Shown: positions 36,768-47,944 of the stretch, in pieces
How positions within the stretch are numbered: the first letter of the stretch is position 1
Layout of the letters: each line of letters begins with the position of its first letter
IMG/VR virus record: IMGVR_UViG_3300021197_001546
Direction: 5' to 3' (one strand)
DNA: 64,000 nucleotides
From: an uncultured virus (IMG/VR IMGVR_UViG_3300021197_001546)
Taxonomy: Duplodnaviria > Heunggongvirae > Uroviricota > Caudoviricetes
Notes under the pieces: generated by a model
Seen by the model: the letters and a program-made list of their open reading frames with translations, nothing else
What the model was told of the DNA's origin: nothing
Databases searched by the model: none
Translations under genes and position numbers: made by a program

Positions 36768-37793
36768 ATGACCAGCAATCGTTTCAAGAATGTCAGTGGC
36801 GTCAAGTTCGTGGGTAAGAAGAGAATCAATCTTCTCGATATCGGAATGAAGATTACTTGCAATGCGGCAAGATCGAGTGGTATCGACAATTCTCATGTCA
36901 CCAGCATCGTAGACAACATTCGGGAAAATGGTATTCTCGAACATCTTCCTCGTCCCGTTGTGGAAGTGTTGACTCCCTCCAAGAGCAGGGCATACAAAAT
37001 CAAGACGGGCACACGATATGTCCTCCACGATGGACATCATCGGCTGAATGCAATGGATATTCTTCAGTTCAATGATGCGGAGTTCGATGTCGTTGAATGT
37101 GATGATGAGAATGCTCGTCGGGCTCTTCAGATTGCGATGAACACTCATCCGCCCGCGAAGAGTGCGAGCCAGTTGGACTACACAAACTGGTTGAGTGGAT
37201 GTGTGGCAAGCAAGGTGATTCAGAACACTCAGACGGCATTCACGGCTGCATTGGAGACTCTTGCTCCTACCCTTGCCGCTACCGTGAAGACGAAGATCAT
37301 CACCGATGCAATCAAGATCAATGGTGCCAAGATTCAGTGGTTGAATTGGGGTGTCAAGAAGGCAGCAGAGTACCTCGCGGGGTATGGTCTGGTGGAGAGT
37401 GCGAAGTGGAATCCGAAGACTGGACGATATGGTGCAGTCATGACCGCAGAGGCAGAGTGGCGTGTCCTTGGACGGGCGCTGGAGAATTTCGTGAACCCCG
37501 ATCCGAACGGGAACCTCTACACTCCCACCGATATCGTGATCAAGGTGCATCTCAAGGGTGACAATGATGCCGCAGAGAAGCGTCGAGCGGTTCGGGATAG
37601 TGCGAATGAAATCATGGCGAACATGCTCGCTGCTGCTGGAGTGGATGAGTTCCCGAACGGGTATCCGATTCGCTTCGTCGCCTATCTTCCGCAGGACTTG
37701 AGTGATGAGGGGATGAAGGAGAGCGAAGATAAGTTCTACCCGATCTGCACCGACCCCAGCAGTCCCGACTACGAGTCGATCGACGGTGCATGA
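36768..37793 (+). CDS. ParB/Sulfiredoxin-like N-terminal domain protein
   Basis: IVDNIRENG...PRPVV...YVLHDGHHRLNAM. Confidence 0.7.
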   Translation: MTSNRFKNVSGVKFVGKKRINLLDIGMKITCNAARSSGIDNSHVTSIVDNIRENGILEHLPRPVVEVLTPSKSRAYKIKTGTRYVLHDGHHRLNAMDILQFNDAEFDVVECDDENARRALQIAMNTHPPAKSASQLDYTNWLSGCVASKVIQNTQTAFTAALETLAPTLAATVKTKIITDAIKINGAKIQWLNWGVKKAAEYLAGYGLVESAKWNPKTGRYGAVMTAEAEWRVLGRALENFVNPDPNGNLYTPTDIVIKVHLKGDNDAAEKRRAVRDSANEIMANMLAAAGVDEFPNGYPIRFVAYLPQDLSDEGMKESEDKFYPICTDPSSPDYESIDGA

Positions 37794-37831
37794 TCATCGA
37801 CAACCCAACATCTGAATAGAGTGTAAGAAGG

Positions 37832-37856
37832 ACCCCACCGAAAGGTGGGGTTTTTC
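37832..37856 (+). terminator. Intrinsic terminator
   Basis: accccacc-gaaa-ggtggggtttttc. Confidence 0.8.
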
Positions 37857-37906
37857 TATACATAGTACATGGCAAATAAGAGAAAACCACAAGGGATGGA
37901 GACTGA

Positions 37907-39604
37907 ATGGCAAAGTGGAATAGGAGAACTTCGTATCAGTCGGGAGAGATTGTCGATCACATTGGTAGACAATGGATTGCACAAACGGCTAGCACGAATG
38001 TAATTCCAGGCCGAGACTTTCGTTCATGGACAGTGGTGAACGCCCCCGTCGATCCAGATCCCATTCAAGAAAGAAGACCAGGCGCTGGTTTTGGTGAGGA
38101 TTCTTCTGGTAACTCTATCATTCAAACTCCACGTTCTGAAATATCAACGCCACTTCTTGTGCCACCTTCACTACCTTCGGGGTTAACCACACTCATTCCA
38201 GGTCATAACGAGTACGTCAGCAGTGTAGTTGATAATACTTTATGTCGCAGTTATTCTTTTGTCCAGTTTGCATCATTTTGGTTCGATGACGAGCCTCTAG
38301 ATCTTCCCGCCAGGGGAAATGAAATGAGTAGTGATTACATTCGGGATTTGTGGGTAGATATTGTTTCCCAGATGGTATTAAATAGTCTTCAGGAAACGGG
38401 TCACAAGAACGGGAAGGCTGTTTGTATCGACATCGAAGACACAGGTGTCGATAGACCATTAACAGCACAGGATATGAGTTACAATTCATACTTGACATCA
38501 AACTCCACACGATTTAACAAGTTCCCGTACTATGAAGATCGTGATTCCTCTGTTCGAGAGAGTTTCTTGAATAATGGCGGCACGTTCACGTTTGATACTC
38601 CTGCATCAGAGGCACTTCCGCGAGCCGCATATGCTGTTCGTACTGTAACACAACGAGTACTAGAAAAATATCCAAACAGTCCTGTCGGTTGGTACAACAT
38701 AGGAATCAATGCATACATCCCAGGCGAGGAGGGGATCGAAACTAGTGATCTTCCTGCTCTTCAATCGTGGATGTCATATCTCAAGGCACCCAACCCAAAT
38801 GCCCCTGAGTATAGAAAATTATACACGAGGCAAGCATTCGATCATATGTCGTTTTGTTTCATACCTATTTACCCTGGCGCTGGTAAGGAGTGGCCAAACC
38901 CTGCGTTTGCAGGTAAGCATTATTATAAAAGATTTGGTGGGCCGAACAGTAAACTTGGTAACTTCCTAAACGAAATATCGAGGTCAACCGAGGGAACTTC
39001 TCTGCGTAGTAAGATTGTCCCAGGCTTTACGTCACGGTGGATCTATACAGGAGATACAGGTAGTCTCGTCACAGATAATAAAACTTGGAGTCAATATGTG
39101 GCAGAGGGTAACCAGTTACAAGGTCCAAACTTCTTACCAGTAGAGGATTGGCAATTTCAGGACTACACTGCGGGAGAGTTTGCGGTCGATGATCAACCAC
39201 CAAGCAGAATACCAATGCTTCCTCGTGAGGCGAAAGAGTTTTATGGTTGGTTAGGATACGAATCACAAAAGAATTGGCAAACAAATAAACCAACAGGATT
39301 TAGTAATATGATTTGGGGATGGTGGGACGGAGATATCATGCCGAGTGTTGCATGGAAAGGAAAAGAAATATCATGGATTCCCCGAGTAGCATGGTCGCGT
39401 GGGACACTAGAAAACAACTTCAGGAATGGAAATATCGATCAGTTCATGAGAACGGTTCTTGCGTCGGGATACAAGAGTTACTTGGAGGGTGATTTTCGCC
39501 CTCAAAACAGAGCAGCGTTCTCGCCTGAAGATCTTGTGTGGTTTGATTCTTACGTTGAAACATTTCACCGACTATTCCATTATCGTGGCTCTGTTGAGAT
39601 CTAA
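37907..39604 (+). CDS. Late protein: CBM5/12-like N-terminus plus putative TIM-barrel glycoside hydrolase
   Basis: WNRRTSYQSGEIVDHIGRQWIA...PG...W; AVCIDIE...YPNSPVGWY...FIPIY; TATACATA upstream. Confidence 0.6.
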   Translation: MAKWNRRTSYQSGEIVDHIGRQWIAQTASTNVIPGRDFRSWTVVNAPVDPDPIQERRPGAGFGEDSSGNSIIQTPRSEISTPLLVPPSLPSGLTTLIPGHNEYVSSVVDNTLCRSYSFVQFASFWFDDEPLDLPARGNEMSSDYIRDLWVDIVSQMVLNSLQETGHKNGKAVCIDIEDTGVDRPLTAQDMSYNSYLTSNSTRFNKFPYYEDRDSSVRESFLNNGGTFTFDTPASEALPRAAYAVRTVTQRVLEKYPNSPVGWYNIGINAYIPGEEGIETSDLPALQSWMSYLKAPNPNAPEYRKLYTRQAFDHMSFCFIPIYPGAGKEWPNPAFAGKHYYKRFGGPNSKLGNFLNEISRSTEGTSLRSKIVPGFTSRWIYTGDTGSLVTDNKTWSQYVAEGNQLQGPNFLPVEDWQFQDYTAGEFAVDDQPPSRIPMLPREAKEFYGWLGYESQKNWQTNKPTGFSNMIWGWWDGDIMPSVAWKGKEISWIPRVAWSRGTLENNFRNGNIDQFMRTVLASGYKSYLEGDFRPQNRAAFSPEDLVWFDSYVETFHRLFHYRGSVEI

Positions 39605-39632
39605 ATAGTAAGTAACTTCTAGGAGATTCGTC

Positions 39633-42600
39633 ATGGCAGAGTTTTCCACATCAAACGATTCACCGTTCAACGTGACAGATGATATGTCAAGAGTAACGGC
39701 GAAAATTAAAATCACAAAACCAGGCGAAACCTCGATCGAAAGATCGGCTACTGTTTTTGCGCCAGTGGATTCCGAGTACGAAGATCTTCGGAACTTCCAT
39801 AATGAAATCGATGAGGTGATTCTGACCCTGAGTAGAGATACATCGGTCGATCCAATATGGGATGAGCCTGGTGCAATGTCAGAAAGTGAGTATCCTGTTA
39901 TAGACTTCGAGGGCAGAAAGTTTGCTCGGACGTATGCGGATTGGATACAGGCACAAGACGATGTTCTAAATGGTATCGATCCAGTGGCTCCGTGGGGGTC
40001 TAATAAACCGTCATTAGGGTATCCAAGATTCGGACCTTGCCGAATGAAGATAAAAAACGCTACAGTTCGCGGTGGTGTTCTGATGAATCAAGGATGGGAG
40101 TCTGTACCAGATCCCAACGATTCTGGCACTAACATATGGCGAACAGACGCAGACGTGAACTGGATTTCTGATTCTCGCATCACCATGATTGACGATGACA
40201 TTCCTGAATCAGATCCTGTCGCCTCAATTTACCCGTTTTTCGTGGACACGGGAGACTCAGAGGTCAATAATATCATTCAAAAATTCCGTTACAACTACTC
40301 AGAGGCCCATTGGATCCGAATCGATAAGCAGAGTGAAGGTGAATCTTACGGAAGGATCCACACCAAATTCGGCGACGAAGCACCCTTTGGTATTGATCCT
40401 GTTGTCCGCGGCTGGAAATTATACGATACTCATGGATTTACTAACGGTATCGAGGTTCCTTTCGGCCAGAACGCCGACGGTAATGATGTAACAGAAACTA
40501 TGTACGGTGTTCGCTTCTATGACGAGTTGATCGAGGAAAACGGCGGAGACGCAGCAGAACCTTTCTTGCTTCAAGCAGCGGGATTTATTTCAGACGGGAT
40601 AGTGGGTGAGTTTCCAGTAACTGATAGTCCCAGTGGTGAGACTATCGACGAACATCGCCTGAAACCAGCGTTCATTTTCAGAAAATCAGATCGATGCGAC
40701 TACACCGATTATCACGTTCAAACTGACACCAGAGGTAGAGAACCAACATACGAAAAATTCATCGAAGTTTATAAAGATGGTTTCATATACACTCAGATGG
40801 TCCACACATCAAAAAGTTCTAGTCTCAATTCAGTTAAAGCCGATCCAGTATCAAATCCACTTAAAGTAATTAAGGAAAGCGAAACTCATGTGATGGTGAG
40901 TTTCGAGAATTTACCAGAGTCAAATTTCTCCGATGGAGTTGAATACGTTCCATACCCACGGCAAAGAGATTACCTCAAAGGTAAATCAATGACAACCACC
41001 TTGGCTGGGACTTATTTTTCAAGGCCTACAATATTAGGCTTCACTGTGAGTGACCCCGACAGAAGGCAACTAATAGAAGATGCTCTTGGGGCTGATGACT
41101 TCACATACAATGTGGAGACTGGAGAAGGGCGAAAAGAAACAATAATCTCACACGCAGATGCGAACGTAGTAGGTAGTGCGGTCATAGTCGAATACAGCAG
41201 AAATAAAATTTGGTCTGATGGTAATATTTACGGCGACTACGTTAAAATTGACAACACATTAAATGATTACGGAAAATCATTTTTCAGATTTGAAGATGAC
41301 CCTACTACACCCGAAGACGAATATGATCCAGACATAACAACAAGTGGCGGTATGCAATACAATGGTTACTATGAGTTTCTGTTTGTTGGTCCAAATAAAA
41401 TACCTCTAGAGGAAGGTGAGTTTCGTTTTGACATCACCGATAAGAAGTTATACTACAGACCTAAACATGGTAACACACCAAACAAGGTTATAATTTCTAT
41501 GGGAAGAGTCACTGTCGCAAGAGTAACTGACAATTCAGATTTTATCTTAGAAAATTGCAACCTTGCTCTAGGTTCCTTTGCCATAGTGAATGCCGGCGGG
41601 GCACATGCGAGATGTCAATTTCGAAATTGTTATGCAAGGAATGCTGGTAACTTACAACACGGTGGTGTAGTATACTTTGATGATAGTATCGCCGAGAACA
41701 TGGTATTCCGAGGTCTAGCAGTCACGGACGGTAGCAAAATCAGAAGAAGTATGATTCTGAACGCACAGAATCAATCTGGTTGTCTTCTCCAGTGTTTAGA
41801 TGATAATGATCCTATACGAGAAAGTGAAATTCGAGATTCCTTCTTTTACATGGGAGCAACTACTCACGGTCAAGGGTTCTCTGCTTACAAAAATTCTTAT
41901 CTGAAGTGTGCCATACAGCATAATATTTTCTATGACTGCAAGAGATCACACTCTGCACAGCCTGGATCACAGGCTAATGCGAACGCAGAACGGGGCACCT
42001 ATCTATTGGATAACAATCTATTCTGGTTAGATAGATTAATTTTCCCCGCAAGTGCTGGACAGAAGCATATTTCTCACCAGACGGGGGATGGCGAGCAGGA
42101 TATTAGCAGTCACCCCCCATCACCTGCCGATCCCGAACCGAATGTCGTTGAATATGGTGATCAAGTAGAGCAGATGATTATAAGCAGAAATACCCTTCTA
42201 TACAATACTAAATGGATCACCGATCCCACGTTAGTGAATGGTGAGAACTATGGGCAAGACTTACCCAACTTCTTCGGGCTTGGTATTGACAGAAATGTAA
42301 ATAGTCGTGTGTGGCTTTCGAATACAATCTCTCCATTTTTCAATGTACCAAACACTTTTACTATCGTAGACGAAAGAGAGAACGACGCGGACTTCCCTCT
42401 TGGGTGGAACGGAGGAATCGACGCGGCGGGATGTTGGATTCAGGATGATACAAAATATAATGTAGGTGGGAGTACGGGAACATCGCTGATCGAAAATTGG
42501 GTAGATACTTTCCCTGTAGATGAAGTTTTACCTCACGACACCTCTACCTCGGGTGAGGCTATAGCAACCGATGGAGGACGTTCTGGAATTCGATGGCAGA

Positions 42601-43307
42601 ACGTATGGGAGGTTGAAGGAACTACGTCTATATTAAACAGAGACGAAATCAAAAGAATTTTCGAAGAAAAAGACCGTCTATGGTTTGAAAAATACCCAGT
42701 AGAGGCCGGCCTAACAGAACCTCTAAAGCAACGAAATTCCGCAGCGGGACCGTACTACCCATGTGATTTGTTTGCTGACAGCAGCAGTGGCGGCGGTGGT
42801 GGTGGATCAACAACTCTGCCAGGCGAATATGTGTGGACGGACAGTCAGAGTTCATGGAACGGAACACCTCTCCTTGAAGACGGAACAGATTCTCCTGGCG
42901 AGTTCTGGGACTCGATGGTCCCCGGGAAGTTTTGGTCCAGAGAAGCAGGAGCATCAGGCCGAGGTCTCGTCCTTCCGTTCAGCGATTCCACGTCGAAGGA
43001 TCAATATCTATCCTATGTAAACGATGATGAAGGTAATCAAATCCGAAAAGTAAAAATTCACTTTGATATTGTCAATCCACCAGAAACTTCTGTTTACATT
43101 GCAGGGGAACGAGTAACAATAATTTGGCCCGACGATGCTTCAACCTACGGCTTAGGTTCGATTAGACGAGCGACCGATACTTCTGTTATACATGATCGAG
43201 TTAGCAGCGGGCAGGACCTCTGGCCATTCAGCGGGGATTCTGGTGATCCAGAGTGGCCAGGAGAAAAAGTAATTGTTAGCATGGAATGGGAAGAAATAAC
43301 ACCATGA
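39633..43307 (+). CDS. Large late protein with a putative right-handed beta-helix
   Basis: THGQGFSAYKNSY...QHNIFYDC...LDNNLF...SRNTL rung pattern; TAAATA at 39602. Confidence 0.65.
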   Translation: MAEFSTSNDSPFNVTDDMSRVTAKIKITKPGETSIERSATVFAPVDSEYEDLRNFHNEIDEVILTLSRDTSVDPIWDEPGAMSESEYPVIDFEGRKFARTYADWIQAQDDVLNGIDPVAPWGSNKPSLGYPRFGPCRMKIKNATVRGGVLMNQGWESVPDPNDSGTNIWRTDADVNWISDSRITMIDDDIPESDPVASIYPFFVDTGDSEVNNIIQKFRYNYSEAHWIRIDKQSEGESYGRIHTKFGDEAPFGIDPVVRGWKLYDTHGFTNGIEVPFGQNADGNDVTETMYGVRFYDELIEENGGDAAEPFLLQAAGFISDGIVGEFPVTDSPSGETIDEHRLKPAFIFRKSDRCDYTDYHVQTDTRGREPTYEKFIEVYKDGFIYTQMVHTSKSSSLNSVKADPVSNPLKVIKESETHVMVSFENLPESNFSDGVEYVPYPRQRDYLKGKSMTTTLAGTYFSRPTILGFTVSDPDRRQLIEDALGADDFTYNVETGEGRKETIISHADANVVGSAVIVEYSRNKIWSDGNIYGDYVKIDNTLNDYGKSFFRFEDDPTTPEDEYDPDITTSGGMQYNGYYEFLFVGPNKIPLEEGEFRFDITDKKLYYRPKHGNTPNKVIISMGRVTVARVTDNSDFILENCNLALGSFAIVNAGGAHARCQFRNCYARNAGNLQHGGVVYFDDSIAENMVFRGLAVTDGSKIRRSMILNAQNQSGCLLQCLDDNDPIRESEIRDSFFYMGATTHGQGFSAYKNSYLKCAIQHNIFYDCKRSHSAQPGSQANANAERGTYLLDNNLFWLDRLIFPASAGQKHISHQTGDGEQDISSHPPSPADPEPNVVEYGDQVEQMIISRNTLLYNTKWITDPTLVNGENYGQDLPNFFGLGIDRNVNSRVWLSNTISPFFNVPNTFTIVDERENDADFPLGWNGGIDAAGCWIQDDTKYNVGGSTGTSLIENWVDTFPVDEVLPHDTSTSGEAIATDGGRSGIRWQNVWEVEGTTSILNRDEIKRIFEEKDRLWFEKYPVEAGLTEPLKQRNSAAGPYYPCDLFADSSSGGGGGGSTTLPGEYVWTDSQSSWNGTPLLEDGTDSPGEFWDSMVPGKFWSREAGASGRGLVLPFSDSTSKDQYLSYVNDDEGNQIRKVKIHFDIVNPPETSVYIAGERVTIIWPDDASTYGLGSIRRATDTSVIHDRVSSGQDLWPFSGDSGDPEWPGEKVIVSMEWEEITP

Positions 43308-46300
43308 ACTATAAAGATATAACAGGCGCACCAAACGCTTCACAACTCAATCTCTCCAACTTCAGTGACCAGATCCCTGTCGGATCTAGCATTCGGTGTA
43401 TTGTTACTGCTGAAGGACTATTAGCAGATCGTACACCAGAAACTATAGAAGTAAACACCAACGCTGTTCTTGTGACCGAACCATCGGGGCCAGGTGCGGA
43501 TCCTCCGCCCACGATCGAAAGTCTTTCTCTTACTTCGTGGGAAGTCGGATCACCTGTAACTGGAACGGCAATAATTGATTATGTTGGTGGAACCTCCTTG
43601 CAAGACTTATTGGATGATGGTTGGAGTGTCAATTGGGAGTGGTCATTTGAAAATTTTGAAGGTGACGACGGAGAGTCAACCGATGCAAACATCGATGGGA
43701 TCTGGAAAATTGAGCCTGGAGATATGCCATTCCGTGACGATGAACATGGTATTGAATACTCATTCCAAGATTATGCTAATGTAGACCGTGGTATTTTTAA
43801 TGATCATGTTCCAGATATACTATTCAAGCCCAAGAATGCACAAGAAGTAATCAGGATCTTGAATTATTGTGATGCAGAGTCGAAAGAATTTAGAGTAAGA
43901 TCAGGAACTCACAGTTACAACGGCGAAGGAACTGGTGATGGTGTTGTAATCATTGACATGAGACTGATCGATACCGTTACGGTAGACACCACGAATGAAT
44001 GGATGGATGTTGGTGGTGGTGCTACTCTTTGGCAGACGAACGCCGCACTTGATTATGAACCTGCTGATCCGACCGCGAGTTCGTCCTACGGAGAAACTGA
44101 CACACAAGAATATAATAATGTGCGTCAATCGACTGGATATTGGACACCATCAGGATCATGCCCCCATGTTGGGTTTTCTAGTGTGGCATCAGGAGGAGGA
44201 ATTTCTGGTTATCCCAATAGAGTAGGACTCATGTGTGATTTAATCCTAGAAATTGACATCGTAATACCAAAAAGCGGCGGTGGTTATCAAGAGGTTACCG
44301 CAACCGCAACGAACCAGTATAGCGATTTGTTGGACGGTATCCGTGGACTTGGCAATTCTTCACTTGGAATTATCACACGAATTAGAAGTAAAATATTAGA
44401 ACGAAGAAATACCCACTTCATGAGAGTTGGTCTATCGTGGAGATACGGACAGCATTTCAATGCGGATGATGAAAATTTGTGGGCCATTCATAATCTCAAT
44501 AATGAACCTGATTTCTGGGAAAATGCACACGAGACCGATGAATGGAAATTTGGTAAGGCTGTTTATACCTCATACCAAGATCTATTGATGGGAAACGAGA
44601 CCTGGCCCGATGATCATCCCGAAGCGAGTTTACGGGGAGAAGAAATATGGCCTCACGGTGAAACAAACGGTATCGATGGTACGTTTTATATGTGGGCGAA
44701 TCATAGTAATCCCGGTGTTGGTTGGGATTATTCTATCACTTACCATATTCAACTAGATTGCTTTGACGGCGATCATGGAACAGTGCCTGATCCTAATAAT
44801 TCTGCGACTCCAGTACCCGCACACATGTACTATCTCGCAAATGAAATTGTGGAGAGAGCGATTGCAAAACAAACTGGGGATGAGTTTGAAAGATTCCGAG
44901 AAGGAACAGAGAGGGGGACCCCTACTAATGCTATAAGATATCAATATGTGACCGGTCCTGAGACACAAGGGATCTCTGACTGGATGAATCCTGTTACGAA
45001 CGATGTAATAAAACAAACGAATGGTAGTGCTGGGGAGGCATGGTCCACGAACGGGGCATTAACAATACCGAATAACTCACCCAACGACGAAGCGGTGGCA
45101 GAAGCGACGTTCCAGTTTTATAGAGATATTATAACCGATATCAATCCACTAGCGAACCCAACGGGATCAGGCAAAGAAGGTATATACTATAGATTCTATA
45201 CTCACTCTTCTTGTCCTAATGGTCCTGTTGCAGATCCTCAGATTCATACGCATGATCTGGCCAAAGATGTTCTTGGATGGAGAGATCGTCCAAATGAAAT
45301 ACAATTATATGAAGCGTACCCTGGCTCTCAAGAGGCGCAGTTCTGGGATAAAACCACCCACGAACTAACTGATCTAGGTAAACAATTCCAGCAAAGAAGA
45401 GTACAGTATTTCAATGAGATGATTTCATTGTACGGCGGCGACGATCCGAGATCATATATTGGTTACATAGACAGTATGGTCAACCATTATACTCTTCCTA
45501 ATGGAAATCCAATTGATGTTAATAAATTCTACTATGGTGATGGTGGGGTTACTAATTTAACTACACTGAAAGACAAGTACGATCCTTCGGATAAATTTCC
45601 AACGGGACCAGTAATGAAAACAATTGATATCGGTGAACTACCGAGTTCCTCTATGGCGAGATTAGAAGATGGTGGTGTAGATCCGAAGGATTGGGCTCCA
45701 TTCGCATTATCAGGTTTGGTTTACGATGCCTCCGAGCCTTTCAACTATCCCGTTTCTGGTAGATTTATAACACCACCGTATTTTGCACATGATGACGATG
45801 ATCACAAGTATATTAGTATAGTTGCGCCTCCGTATCAGGGGGTAATAGATGATGGTAGTGGCACACTGAGATATAATAAACTTGATAGAATTGAATTTTA
45901 CTTGAATGGTGACATCAGTAAGGTAATAGTCACCGAACCCGAGAGTGTAACCAGAGGGTATGACTGCTATACCGTAGAACACCCTTTCGATTTAACGACC
46001 TCTGATACAATGAAAAAAACAAATGAAGTGCGAGCCATCATTTATTATGAAAAGGGCGAACCAAGAATACTTCAGGGTATGGTGGAACCAAATGTAGACA
46101 TCAATCCCCTCGATGGAGATGGAATCCCGATCGCCGAACTCGTTGGAGTTCAAGATCCAAAAGCCATTACGATGTCTGCCGATTTCTCATGGAACAACAG
46201 AGGATGTTTCATAGGAAAATATGAGGATTATTATGTTGGTCCCCTTGGCAACGACGGTAATGATGGAAAATTAAGTCCGGTGCTGACTCCTTCTGAGGCG

Positions 46301-47908
46301 TATGCAAAAGCATATGCGAACGGTCATACGAACATAAGAGTAAACAATTCACATGTATGCACTATTGGAGACGAACTAGGACCAAACGCAGATCTAACGG
46401 GACCAGCGGCTGCATATACTGGATATGATCTAACTCAATTCTTTAAAGAGGGTCGAGGACTGGACTACAACGGCACGTCGGGGACTCCGGTAGGAGGAGA
46501 TCCCAGTGACTTCGTTCACCGAGAAACCCTACCTGCTATAGTTCAAGGCGGTGAGATGTGGGTGAACAACCTTGCCGCGACCATCACATTCGCACATGGT
46601 GCATTATTCAAGAACTGTAATATGATATTGAATGCAAGTGTAGGGTCAACTAATAAGGGATATACTTATTTTCTTAGAAATAAAAATAAGGGGGATAGGT
46701 TCAGAAGATGGACTGACTACTGTGCCGTCATGTTCGATGGTTGCACTATTGGACCAAAAGAGAAAACCGATAGTAAGGGTGGAGGCTTCGGATCAATAGA
46801 AGATCATTCATACAGGGACACTGTTGGAGGATATTCATTGACTCTTTCTGATAATGGTTCTTATTACACGGGAAACAACGCAGCGTATAATTGTACCATA
46901 AATTACGGAGTCGGGAACTCAGGACAAGAGATGGTAGATTGTGATATGATCTGTCCACCAACTCAAAATGATATTGTTAACTATACAATGATCGTAAATA
47001 CAAACATCTATGATGTCAACAAGCACTACTATCCGTGGGGTTCTCTGGGAAGTCCAGACGGTGCTGGTGCTGGAGAAGAATCGGTCGAATTTGGCGTACC
47101 TATTTCTAAGGATAGAGCAGATAATCTGGGCCTGCATAATACCTTATCATACAGTGAGACCTACTCAAACACACAAACATCTATAGCGGAACGAATCCCA
47201 TACACTAACAATCCTACAGAATTCAACTCAGTACATTTACCCTACGATAAGGGATTTTGGCCAGACTATACAATGGCAGGCATAAAGGGGGTGGACCGAC
47301 TAGATGGGTCCCCCGCGACACTGAACCAGACAAATATCAATATGTCCGGGATAAGTAGATATGATACAGCAGATCCACTTTCACCTTGGTATGGTAAAAA
47401 ATTCAATGACAATCCAAGAGATCCTCACTTTGATGTGCAACAATTCAATGAAGTACGGAAAAATGTAATCGTTCACCGAATGAAAGTAGAATCAGCCAGA
47501 GGAAATTTCCAAGGAATATTCACCGCAGACGAGGCACGTATCGAGTCGGGTGCTTTTTGGAATATAACATGGAATGCCCCCGGTAATCAAGGACAGTCGA
47601 TGATGCTTATTGGCTCGACGGACGAAAATAACAACAACCCATCGATTCCGACAGGACAGTTCATACACTACGGGCCTGATATTTTTGCGTTCGAGGGCAC
47701 CAATGTATTCCTCCCCAGAGATGTCATGAGCAATGGTACCAACGACAACAAGGATGTTTGGATTTATGATAAGAATCTGGATGGAGACTGGACCAGTATT
47801 AGAGAATGGAATGATAGTTTGACTACAGGAGCAGTTCATGAAGTATCCAGATCGGCACCACTAACAGGTCTACGCTATACGCAAGTCAAGATACCAGACA
47901 TAGATTAA
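43304..47908 (+). CDS. Giant late protein: Ig-like N-terminus, FAD-linked BBE/AA7-like oxidase domain, beta-helix-like C-terminus
   Basis: VRSGTHSY, IIDMRLI, VGGGATL, PSGSCPHVG, GLMCDLI, DLLDGIRGLG..LGIIT, YIGYID...YYG...LKDKYDP. ATGA-coupled start at 43304. Confidence 0.8.
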   Translation: MNYKDITGAPNASQLNLSNFSDQIPVGSSIRCIVTAEGLLADRTPETIEVNTNAVLVTEPSGPGADPPPTIESLSLTSWEVGSPVTGTAIIDYVGGTSLQDLLDDGWSVNWEWSFENFEGDDGESTDANIDGIWKIEPGDMPFRDDEHGIEYSFQDYANVDRGIFNDHVPDILFKPKNAQEVIRILNYCDAESKEFRVRSGTHSYNGEGTGDGVVIIDMRLIDTVTVDTTNEWMDVGGGATLWQTNAALDYEPADPTASSSYGETDTQEYNNVRQSTGYWTPSGSCPHVGFSSVASGGGISGYPNRVGLMCDLILEIDIVIPKSGGGYQEVTATATNQYSDLLDGIRGLGNSSLGIITRIRSKILERRNTHFMRVGLSWRYGQHFNADDENLWAIHNLNNEPDFWENAHETDEWKFGKAVYTSYQDLLMGNETWPDDHPEASLRGEEIWPHGETNGIDGTFYMWANHSNPGVGWDYSITYHIQLDCFDGDHGTVPDPNNSATPVPAHMYYLANEIVERAIAKQTGDEFERFREGTERGTPTNAIRYQYVTGPETQGISDWMNPVTNDVIKQTNGSAGEAWSTNGALTIPNNSPNDEAVAEATFQFYRDIITDINPLANPTGSGKEGIYYRFYTHSSCPNGPVADPQIHTHDLAKDVLGWRDRPNEIQLYEAYPGSQEAQFWDKTTHELTDLGKQFQQRRVQYFNEMISLYGGDDPRSYIGYIDSMVNHYTLPNGNPIDVNKFYYGDGGVTNLTTLKDKYDPSDKFPTGPVMKTIDIGELPSSSMARLEDGGVDPKDWAPFALSGLVYDASEPFNYPVSGRFITPPYFAHDDDDHKYISIVAPPYQGVIDDGSGTLRYNKLDRIEFYLNGDISKVIVTEPESVTRGYDCYTVEHPFDLTTSDTMKKTNEVRAIIYYEKGEPRILQGMVEPNVDINPLDGDGIPIAELVGVQDPKAITMSADFSWNNRGCFIGKYEDYYVGPLGNDGNDGKLSPVLTPSEAYAKAYANGHTNIRVNNSHVCTIGDELGPNADLTGPAAAYTGYDLTQFFKEGRGLDYNGTSGTPVGGDPSDFVHRETLPAIVQGGEMWVNNLAATITFAHGALFKNCNMILNASVGSTNKGYTYFLRNKNKGDRFRRWTDYCAVMFDGCTIGPKEKTDSKGGGFGSIEDHSYRDTVGGYSLTLSDNGSYYTGNNAAYNCTINYGVGNSGQEMVDCDMICPPTQNDIVNYTMIVNTNIYDVNKHYYPWGSLGSPDGAGAGEESVEFGVPISKDRADNLGLHNTLSYSETYSNTQTSIAERIPYTNNPTEFNSVHLPYDKGFWPDYTMAGIKGVDRLDGSPATLNQTNINMSGISRYDTADPLSPWYGKKFNDNPRDPHFDVQQFNEVRKNVIVHRMKVESARGNFQGIFTADEARIESGAFWNITWNAPGNQGQSMMLIGSTDENNNNPSIPTGQFIHYGPDIFAFEGTNVFLPRDVMSNGTNDNKDVWIYDKNLDGDWTSIREWNDSLTTGAVHEVSRSAPLTGLRYTQVKIPDID

Positions 47909-47944
47909 TCTAAATACAATGAAAGACAAGATTGGGATAACACC

